From: Nanobdellota archaeon
GTDB lineage: Archaea > Nanobdellota > Nanobdellia > Woesearchaeales > GW2011-AR9
Assembly: GCA_038045005.1 (NCBI GenBank)
Contig: JBBSYZ010000013.1
Location: 1 to 42,867 of the forward strand
Direction of reading: 5' to 3'
DNA: 42,867 nt
Below are positions 1-6,964 of this stretch, in pieces. Under the pieces are notes generated by a model. The model worked only from the letters and a program-made list of their open reading frames with translations, ran no database searches and had not been told where the DNA came from. The translations under genes were made by a program, and so were the position numbers. Positions within the stretch are counted from its first letter, which is position 1, and each line of letters begins with the position of its first letter.

Positions 1-1
1 A

Positions 2-52
2 TAAAATGAAACGAATTTTTCTACCGAAGGGAAATAGTTTCAGGATACGACA
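2..52. repeat. Left copy of a perfect 51-bp terminal inverted repeat (partner 42817..42867)
   Basis: Bases 2-52 are the exact reverse complement of 42817-42867. The match breaks at 53/42816. The repeat has an internal imperfect palindrome (TGAAAC 7-12 / GTTTCA 37-42, with TTTC/GAAA and CC-GAA-GG inside). Confidence 0.9.
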
Positions 53-162
53 GCTGATTTTGATATTTTTACTGCTGCTCATGCTTAAGAAAAATGCCCC
101 CGCAGGAAGAATGAATAAATTTAGTGCCAACAACGAAAACAATTATAAACTAACTTCTATTT

Positions 163-732
163 TTGAGCACTATGATTAATTTTGCAAAACTCAGAAAAGA
201 CATTCAGGATTACGACAGCGAACGCGAGAACCTGATAAAGAAAAGCAGGGACGTTCTCAAGCTGAGCAAGCAGATTATCTATGCTGTGCACCGGGACGAT
301 CTTGCTGAAGCGGCCAAATTGATCAAAGAGATAGAAGCTGAGAAAAAGAAACTCGACGCTATCGCCAAACACAGCAGGAAGATGGGCAGTGAAGGGAGTT
401 ATAAAGTTGCCATCCAGGAATACGCGGAAGCATTGCTGTACTATCACTTCGTCAAGACTGGTGTATTGATAGATTTAGCTGTCGATACTGAACATTTCAT
501 CTTGGGATTGGCCGATCTTCCCGGGGAACTGGTGCGCAAGGCAGTATTTTTGGCCGGTAAAGGCGAAGTTGAAAAAGTTATCAAGATTCGGGATGAAGTA
601 GATATGATGTACGGGGAATTATTGAAATTTGATTTTCGGGATAACGAAGTGCGGCGCAAATTCGATGCGGTCAAATATGACCTGAGAAAATTAGAAGATT
701 TAGTATTAGACCTGAAATTGAAAGGAAGGTAA
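163..732 (+). CDS. Translin-family nucleic-acid-binding protein
   Basis: 189 aa, all-helical. It has the GLADLPGELVRKAV motif typical of translin/TRAX (COG2178-like archaeal translin). Confidence 0.7.
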   Translation: MSTMINFAKLRKDIQDYDSERENLIKKSRDVLKLSKQIIYAVHRDDLAEAAKLIKEIEAEKKKLDAIAKHSRKMGSEGSYKVAIQEYAEALLYYHFVKTGVLIDLAVDTEHFILGLADLPGELVRKAVFLAGKGEVEKVIKIRDEVDMMYGELLKFDFRDNEVRRKFDAVKYDLRKLEDLVLDLKLKGR

Positions 733-842
733 AATTAAACGTTTACAACATTTCATGCAGATAATTTTTAGGTAGAGAATAATTCTTGATGGTATCGCGT
801 GATTAGATCTGAAAGTATTTTATATTGCGGAGATGCCTGCAA

Positions 843-1031
843 CTATTGTAATCTCTGGGCATCAAAATATCTGCCCGCCATCAGCGGAGTAAAGGCCAGG
901 TTTACAATTTTAAAATAATCTTCTGATTCAGATATCAATTCCTCTATCCTGCTGATGTGCTCTTGTTCTCCAAGGGATAAATCTGAAAGATCAATTACTT
1001 CTCCGGATAATAATTCATATTGTTTTGCCAT
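843..1031 (-). CDS. Hypothetical acidic 62-aa protein
   Basis: ORF only; no recognisable motif. Confidence 0.3.
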   Translation of the reverse strand: MAKQYELLSGEVIDLSDLSLGEQEHISRIEELISESEDYFKIVNLAFTPLMAGRYFDAQRLQ

Positions 1032-1073
1032 TTCAGGAGAATCTTATGAATTTTATAAATTAACTAAAATGGC

Positions 1074-1268
1074 TTATCTTCTCTTCTTCTTGCTCATCAC
1101 TTTTCGGGCTTTGCCTTTTCTTGCCCGCATCTTCGCCAGCTTGATCAATTTCGCCACTTTAGAATGCTTCGGCTTGCCGCTGGGGCCGCGGCCTTTATAG
1201 CCGCGTTTTTTACTTGACTTAGAAACCAGCTTACCTGATTTCTTTACTGCCCTTTTTTTTACCATCAT
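1074..1268 (-). CDS. Extremely basic (Lys/Arg-rich) 64-aa protein, possibly nucleic-acid-binding
   Basis: MMVKKRAVKKSGK...KVMSKKKRR. K/R dominates throughout and there is no hydrophobic core. Confidence 0.45.
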   Translation of the reverse strand: MMVKKRAVKKSGKLVSKSSKKRGYKGRGPSGKPKHSKVAKLIKLAKMRARKGKARKVMSKKKRR

Positions 1269-1273
1269 TTATA

Positions 1274-1490
1274 CTGGACTCGGTGAAAAAGTGGCCTGAA
1301 ACAACGACCAAATCGAAACGGACCTATTGGCTTGTTTTACAGGTGATCTTCTTCGCCCCATACACAAGCATAACTGGTACAGGTTACCTGCGGTGAGTTA
1401 TAGTCCAGACACCGTGGCATTTGTTGAGCACCAGACAGAGGCTGCTATGGTTGCATCCTTTTCAGGACAACCGAACTGCCCACAAAGATA
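1274..1490. ncRNA. Candidate structured RNA or long leader of unknown class in a 313-bp divergent intergenic region
   Basis: Visibly GC-richer than other intergenic DNA. Nested stem-loops are present: CAGGTTACCTG at 1380-1390, enclosed by CATAACT 1369-1375 / AGTTATG(rc) 1396-1402, and a 9-bp GNRA-capped hairpin at 1449-1472 on the minus strand. A TATATATA box lies at about 1510-1520. Confidence 0.25.
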
Positions 1491-1581
1491 AGTTAGCAAT
1501 AAATAGACATATATATAATTTCGCCACCACTGTGAAATTACTAACATAATGTTTATAAATGGGCTTTGCGGGAGAATTATC

Positions 1582-2178
1582 ATGAAGATACTGGCTATTA
1601 GCGACGTACACGGAGACCGGCATTTCATTAAAGAGATGGCCGAAAGAGGAGCTAAAGAAAAAGTAGATCTAGTCATACTTGCCGGAGATTTAGCAGACCA
1701 CGACGGCAATGTAAGCGGCCTGATAGGCCCTTTCAAGGAAAAAGGACTGGAAGTAGCAGTAATCCCTGGCAATCATGAGGGATTAGCTGAAGTGGCTTTT
1801 CTTAAAGAAAAATACGGCATTGAAAATCTGCATGGATATGTTCTAAAAATTGGCGATGTGGGCATTTTTGGCTGCGGGTATGCCGATGTAGGAATCCATC
1901 AATTATCAGAAAAAGAATTTTTTCAGACGCTAAAGAACGCACATGATTCATTGAAAGGCGTGAAGAAGAAACTCATGGTGACCCACGTACAGCCCAGCGA
2001 CAGCATTCTCGGCTTGGGGATATTTCCGGGAAGTACTGGCGTCAGGAAAGCCATTGAGGAATTGAAACCGGATCTGCATATCTGCGGCCATGTCCACGAA
2101 ACGCACGGCATCGAAGAGGTTATAGGCTCTACCAGAGTGATTAACGTGGGAAAAGTAGGGAGGATAATTGAACTGTAA
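1582..2178 (+). CDS. Calcineurin-like metallophosphoesterase
   Basis: Motifs MKILAISDVHGD, LAGDL, PGNHE and CGHVHETHG. The start was moved to the internal ATG at 1582; the track ORF starts at 1549. Confidence 0.8.
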   Translation: MKILAISDVHGDRHFIKEMAERGAKEKVDLVILAGDLADHDGNVSGLIGPFKEKGLEVAVIPGNHEGLAEVAFLKEKYGIENLHGYVLKIGDVGIFGCGYADVGIHQLSEKEFFQTLKNAHDSLKGVKKKLMVTHVQPSDSILGLGIFPGSTGVRKAIEELKPDLHICGHVHETHGIEEVIGSTRVINVGKVGRIIEL

Positions 2179-2180
2179 AA

Positions 2181-2600
2181 ATGCCTTTGGAAATTTCAGT
2201 TAGGGACTTTGCAAAAAGTAAAGGGATTGAACTTAAAGAAATGGAAACTGGTTTTGGCCGCGGAACAAATGGCAGAGTGCAGATTAATTATATGCAGGAA
2301 CAAGGCAATTACACTTCTCTTTGCGAAAAATTTTTTGCTTTAAGAGAGATTTATGAAAGTTCGGTCTGTATTTTTAATTCGGCAAATATACTTGAAGTGA
2401 CAGTAAATGTGCGTTTTGGCTGTTTGAGAGATTACCTTCATCAACTTCACGACTCTAAAAAATTTAGTTTGATGAAACTGCGCCAAAAATTAGAGTTGCA
2501 CTTAGGCGATAATAAGGCCCCGGAATCCATAGTGAGCGAAAGGTTTAATGATTTTAATTCTTCTGATATTTATCAGCTTCTTAACAGTTTTTATCCTTGA
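2181..2600 (+). CDS. Hypothetical protein (139 aa)
   Basis: ORF starts 2 nt after the upstream stop, suggesting an operon with the phosphoesterase. No recognised motif. Confidence 0.45.
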   Translation: MPLEISVRDFAKSKGIELKEMETGFGRGTNGRVQINYMQEQGNYTSLCEKFFALREIYESSVCIFNSANILEVTVNVRFGCLRDYLHQLHDSKKFSLMKLRQKLELHLGDNKAPESIVSERFNDFNSSDIYQLLNSFYP

Positions 2601-2675
2601 GGCCGCTTTAATTTTGCGCCCCTTCTTGAACCAAAGACCACAATAAATATAAATGGCCGCGGCGGCCGTTTCCTC

Positions 2676-3926
2676 GTGAAAATTCTTTTTGTGACAGAGT
2701 ATTATCCGCCGAAAGTCATGGGCGGCGGAGAGATCAATGTGCAGCTTTTAGCATCCATGCTGGCCAAGAAAAAAATTGAGGTCCTGATCCTGACATCTTA
2801 TCATCAGGGACTGCTGCAAATGGAAAAAAAAGACGGCATAACCATCTATCGCCGGCTTAAAACTGGAAAAGACGCTTCCACCTTTTCCGGAAATGTTAAA
2901 CGAGCATCTATTTTTCCGAAGTCGACAGCAAAAGAAGTTAAGCGGATCCTGAAAGAAGAAAAAATCGATGCAATTCATTTTATTGGCACCAGCATAATCG
3001 CCGCCCCCCAGCTTCACCGCAGTAATGTACCGCTTTTTGCCACCATTGAAAGTTATCCTGCGCTTTGCCCGAAAGGAGACCGTATTTTCCACGGCAAAAA
3101 AGAATGCACTGTTAAATGCTCATTCTTGAAATTCTTGTCCTGCCAGTCCGATTCTGGAGAAATAGGAAAGATGAAGAACCGGTGGTGCATCAAGTATAAT
3201 GCGCCGCTGCTGTCATATATCTACAGATACTACCAAGAATTAAATGATTCTTTGAAATATTGCCACCTCATCGCTATCAGCGGATACGTGCAGGGATTAT
3301 TGCGGCAGCAGGGGCATGAGAGCACGACCGTCCCTAATGCAATTAAAATAAACGATTTTAAAGTTGTTGGAAAAAAGAAAAACAAAAAAGAAAAGATAAT
3401 ATTTCTCGGAGCGTTCATAAAATCTAAAGGCGCACAGGTTTTATTGGAAGCTATCGAAGGCCTGGATGCAGAATGTGAACTTTACGGCGAGGGAGTGTTG
3501 AAAGAAGAATTGCGGGCGATCATCGCCGAGAAAAAGCTTAATGCTAAAATATGCTTGCCGGTTTCTTACGATAAAATTCCCAGCGTTTATGCGGATGCCG
3601 ACATCATCGTTTTTCCTTCGTTATGGCCGGAACCGTTCGGCCGGATTGCCATAGAAGCCATGGCCGCAGGAAAGCCAGTAATCGGGTCAGCAATTGGCGG
3701 CATAAAAGAGACCGTCAAAGAAGGAACCGGTATATTAGTCGATCCAGGTAATGTGCAGCAGCTAAGGGAAGCGATCGAACTGCTGCTGCATGAACCGGCC
3801 CTGCGGAAAAATATGGGACTGAAGGGAAGAAGAATTGCTAAAGAGCTTTACGCCGAAGAAAGAGTGGCGGATCAACTTCTTTTGATGTACAAATCTAAAG
3901 CATCTTTATATCAAAACAGACCCTGA
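2676..3926 (+). CDS. Glycosyltransferase, GT4 / Glycos_transf_1 family
   Basis: GTG start. The N-terminus is MKILFVTEYYPPKVMGGGE and the C-terminal region has EPFGRIAIEAMAAGKPVIGSAIGGIKETV, the E-x7-E region. Confidence 0.85.
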   Translation: MKILFVTEYYPPKVMGGGEINVQLLASMLAKKKIEVLILTSYHQGLLQMEKKDGITIYRRLKTGKDASTFSGNVKRASIFPKSTAKEVKRILKEEKIDAIHFIGTSIIAAPQLHRSNVPLFATIESYPALCPKGDRIFHGKKECTVKCSFLKFLSCQSDSGEIGKMKNRWCIKYNAPLLSYIYRYYQELNDSLKYCHLIAISGYVQGLLRQQGHESTTVPNAIKINDFKVVGKKKNKKEKIIFLGAFIKSKGAQVLLEAIEGLDAECELYGEGVLKEELRAIIAEKKLNAKICLPVSYDKIPSVYADADIIVFPSLWPEPFGRIAIEAMAAGKPVIGSAIGGIKETVKEGTGILVDPGNVQQLREAIELLLHEPALRKNMGLKGRRIAKELYAEERVADQLLLMYKSKASLYQNRP

Positions 3927-4914
3927 AGGTGCCGGGAGAAAATTGCCCGCATTTAATTTTACGCAGAATTTTAATCTTATATCCCAACTTATCGCATATT
4001 CCCCTTACTTTTTGCGCATAAGCGTTAAAATCTTTCTCTTCCAAAAATGCATAAAGATGAATCGTGCCTTTTTTCTGGATCTTGAGCAAGGCCAAATCTA
4101 AAAACTGTTCTCCGGTTTTAGGCAGGGGCATGACGATACGTTCAAATTTTCTTTTGATTGACGGGATCTTATGGCGGACATCTCCATGCAAAATAGTGAC
4201 ACGATCCTGTAAGCCGTTCAGCTGCACGTTTTCCAAAGCGAAATTATGGGCAAGAGGATTCAGCTCTATGCCATAGACATGTTTTGCCTTAGAATTTCTG
4301 GCGATGACCAAAGGATAAGGTGCGGCTCCGGAAAACATTACCATAACTTCTTCTCCCGGCTTGACCATTTTGGCGATACGCAGCCGTTCGCTTCCGCTGC
4401 GCGCAGAAAAATAAGTCCTTTCCAGATGCAGCTTTATCTCGATGCCGTTCTCGTGATGGACGGTCTCTTTCGTTTTTTTTCCTGCCAGTATAGTAACTTT
4501 GCGGGTGCGGAAGGTCCCGGCATGGATATCACTTTTCTTCACTATGGTAGAAAGATGTTTGTTTGCCTGAAGGTAAGCTTCGGCGATGAGTTTTTCTTTT
4601 TTCTTCAGTTCATCAGGTATTTCTAAAATCAGGATGCTGCCTACGATTTCCTGGCTTCGTGGAAGAACCTCTAATTCCTCAACGGCCAATTTATCTTTTA
4701 AGATCTCTTCGGCGATGAGGTTCTTATGCCGACTAGGAAAGGAAAATTTAGTGTTTACTATTTTCGCATTCGACAGGTTCGTTTTCTTAGTGACGGGGAA
4801 ATAGATATGATCCAGTTCCCTGACCGGAAGGTAATCCAGATGCAGAAGATTCTTTTTCGCGAGAGATTCCTTCACTTCCTGGGCATTCTTAAGTTCAGTA
4901 TAGGCGGCGAGCAT
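3895..4914 (-). CDS. trm5: Met-10+/Trm5-type tRNA (m1G37) methyltransferase (Trm5/Taw22-like)
   Basis: SAM-binding VMVMFSGAAPYPL, GIELNP...ENVQLNG, and the MPLPK catalytic-loop-like motif. The 3' end overlaps the convergent GT gene by 32 nt. Confidence 0.7.
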   Translation of the reverse strand: MLAAYTELKNAQEVKESLAKKNLLHLDYLPVRELDHIYFPVTKKTNLSNAKIVNTKFSFPSRHKNLIAEEILKDKLAVEELEVLPRSQEIVGSILILEIPDELKKKEKLIAEAYLQANKHLSTIVKKSDIHAGTFRTRKVTILAGKKTKETVHHENGIEIKLHLERTYFSARSGSERLRIAKMVKPGEEVMVMFSGAAPYPLVIARNSKAKHVYGIELNPLAHNFALENVQLNGLQDRVTILHGDVRHKIPSIKRKFERIVMPLPKTGEQFLDLALLKIQKKGTIHLYAFLEEKDFNAYAQKVRGICDKLGYKIKILRKIKCGQFSPGTFRVCFDIKML

Positions 4915-4977
4915 GTATTTAGGTAGGAAGTTTAGATTTATAAAAGTAATTGTTGTTTAGAGGTTTTAAGCTCGGAA

Positions 4978-6864
4978 TCAATATATCTTCTTGTATTTTG
5001 GGATGTATTCACATTCAATTTTTTTTGCACTATGGTAGGAGTATAAATCTCCAATTGTTTCATCGTCGAGCCCATTTAAAGACCTCCAACCTTCTGATTT
5101 TAGCTTTCCTGAATCCAAAATTACCCGATCTATTTTAAAACTTCCTGCTTCTTTAATCCTCTGGGCTTCTGCCCCTAATTTTTTCTGTCTTTCGGCTTCT
5201 TCTTCCTTCTTTTTCTGTTCTGCTTTCTTTTCGGATTTTTTTCTTTCTTTTTCTGCCTTAGAGATGTAACTTTGACATAGTTCTTCAACTTCATCCGAAA
5301 CACAGCTTAACTGAGATGCAAATCTTCCGGCAGCAGCCAGACCATGAGATTCTTCAAAATATCTCAGGGCAAACCCGTAGTCTTCAACATCATCAAATCT
5401 CTCAAATCCTTTTACAAGCACTTCTTTAAGACGTTTTGGGGATGGTTTCTCCAAATAGTAGTAATATATTTCAAGATGTTCTTCAAGATTCTTGGCTTTT
5501 TCAGCGGCATGGTCGGCAAACCTCATATAAAGGTCTTCATGGCCTTGTTCGAGGCAATATTCTGCGATAGCCAGACATTTATCTGGAGATCTCCTTTCGC
5601 CAAGACACTTTTCATAGAACTCTCCGGCAAGATTTTTAAGACCTTTATCGAGAAGGAAATCTCCTGTATCTTCGTAATCTGACAGACGTGCTCTTTTCTG
5701 CAGGGCTTGTTTGAAATAATCTCCTGCATCTTGTTTGTTTCTTTTAAGTACCTCTTCTCCAACTTGGACCAAATGCTTATAATCAGCATCAACAGCCAAA
5801 GCGTGGTCGAACAATGCTTCTGCTTGCGGGTATAATCCTTTTCCAGAAAGTAATTTGCCATAGGCAAAGATTTCATCAAAGGTATTTTTTTCGTACGCTG
5901 TCTCTTCAATAAAACCAGCAGCCAGTTCTGAAAGACCATCCTCTTTTATGGAGAACAATCTTTCAACAAGTTCCATCTTCTCTTCTTCATCCTTGTCTTC
6001 AAACAAATCCTTGGCAGTCTTTTCAACTAAACCGGCTATTTTGAGATCACGGTTCTTTTTATACATATCAAGAGCTAATTCAAATATTCCTTCTCTTTGC
6101 CCAATATCTGATAACTCGTAAGCGCGGTTTAGTTTATCAATCCCTTGGTTAAATATCTCTGCATTGCATGAACCAGCCATAAAGCCAGCCATCCTGACCA
6201 ATCTGGTGTAGTCGTCTTGTTCCCCATTAAACCTTTCGATCAGATTGATGGTTCTTTTGACGTCAAAAGACCTAAAATCGTATGCTTCTACTCCTCTCTC
6301 AAATAAACCATCATCCTTAAGCAGGCCACGAACAAGCAATGAGTTCGCATATTCTTCCCCTTGTTTTTTTCCTTTCTCAAAGTTGGTTATGGCCGCGTCA
6401 AATTCTTCTACCTTGTCTTCATCGAGAGCGAAAGTGTAATATGCTTTCCCCAGATTATGGTGGTCTGTTTTTTTTAGAGACCTCGCATCCCTTCCTTCTA
6501 TCTTTTCCGTAATAGATACTGCTACCTTCATTAATTGAAAGTCATCATTGTTAAATGAATAAGAGAATACGTTACGGGCAACATTAAGCAAAACATCGTC
6601 AGAAATCTGCCCTGCTAATTCCTGGGCGTATGACAACCCTTCTCTGGCATAATTATCTCCCATGCTTACCAGTGATTCTAACAAGATCATCTTTTGATTA
6701 TCATCTCCCCCGTTATGGACTATCCTTTTCAGACGTTCAAAACAGCCGTTTGAACCTGATTCTAATGTCTGGCAGATGAGACGTTGATCCAGCTGGGTCG
6801 CTCCCATGGAAAGTAATATTTCCAGATTATCTTCCAAATCTCCGATGATGTCTGCTGTTTTCAT
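4978..6864 (-). CDS. Helical-repeat (TPR-like) protein with a K/E-rich coiled coil and a small C-terminal domain; last gene of the MoxR/VWA operon
   Basis: 628 aa of repeated amphipathic helix pairs, then KAEKERKKSEKKAEQKKKEEEAERQKK. Its ATG overlaps the stop of the upstream 33-aa ORF (ATGA). Confidence 0.6.
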   Translation of the reverse strand: MKTADIIGDLEDNLEILLSMGATQLDQRLICQTLESGSNGCFERLKRIVHNGGDDNQKMILLESLVSMGDNYAREGLSYAQELAGQISDDVLLNVARNVFSYSFNNDDFQLMKVAVSITEKIEGRDARSLKKTDHHNLGKAYYTFALDEDKVEEFDAAITNFEKGKKQGEEYANSLLVRGLLKDDGLFERGVEAYDFRSFDVKRTINLIERFNGEQDDYTRLVRMAGFMAGSCNAEIFNQGIDKLNRAYELSDIGQREGIFELALDMYKKNRDLKIAGLVEKTAKDLFEDKDEEEKMELVERLFSIKEDGLSELAAGFIEETAYEKNTFDEIFAYGKLLSGKGLYPQAEALFDHALAVDADYKHLVQVGEEVLKRNKQDAGDYFKQALQKRARLSDYEDTGDFLLDKGLKNLAGEFYEKCLGERRSPDKCLAIAEYCLEQGHEDLYMRFADHAAEKAKNLEEHLEIYYYYLEKPSPKRLKEVLVKGFERFDDVEDYGFALRYFEESHGLAAAGRFASQLSCVSDEVEELCQSYISKAEKERKKSEKKAEQKKKEEEAERQKKLGAEAQRIKEAGSFKIDRVILDSGKLKSEGWRSLNGLDDETIGDLYSYHSAKKIECEYIPKYKKIY

Positions 6865-6962
6865 GCTGCAATCTTTGAAGCCGTTCTTTCTCTCTGCCGC
6901 TTCACAGCTGTAAGTTCTTCGATGACAGAGTCCAAATCTCCGATTATTGATTTCACTTCCAT
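6861..6962 (-). CDS. 33-aa ORF (MEVKSIIGDLDSVIEELTAVKRQRERTASKIAA) that duplicates the N-terminal motif of the next gene
   Basis: Hand-translated and below the track cutoff. It starts 3 nt after the VWA gene stop and its stop overlaps the next ATG. It shares a 14-nt identity (ATCGGAGATTTGGA) with codons 6-10 of the 628-aa gene. Confidence 0.4.
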   Translation of the reverse strand: MEVKSIIGDLDSVIEELTAVKRQRERTASKIAA

Positions 6963-6964
6963 TT

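Noticed and set aside
1-82. Minus-strand ORF (MSSSKNIKISCRILKLFPFGRKIRFIL...) running off the left end through the inverted repeat.
   Set aside because: At the right end the same reading frame through the repeat is preceded immediately by a stop and has no start. The repeat is therefore unlikely to be coding, and the left ORF is probably fortuitous.
1449-1472. Possible SRP RNA helix 8. The minus-strand hairpin GGUUGUCCU-GAAA-AGGAUGCAACC followed by AUAGCAGCC resembles ...CCC-GGAA-GGGAGCAACGGUAG of archaeal 7S RNA.
   Set aside because: The conserved AGG/AGCA symmetric loop is not reproduced (UUG/UGCA). The hairpin sits near the 5' end rather than the 3' half of the putative RNA, and I could not build Alu-domain or helix 5/6 pairings. 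It is kept only as an unknown structured-RNA candidate. An Infernal scan would settle it.
1398-1772. 124-aa minus-strand ORF spanning the 1274-1545 spacer and the start of the phosphoesterase gene.
   Set aside because: It overlaps a confidently called gene on the opposite strand. Its Ser/Pro/Cys-rich translation looks like non-coding sequence, and the region is better explained as structured or regulatory DNA.
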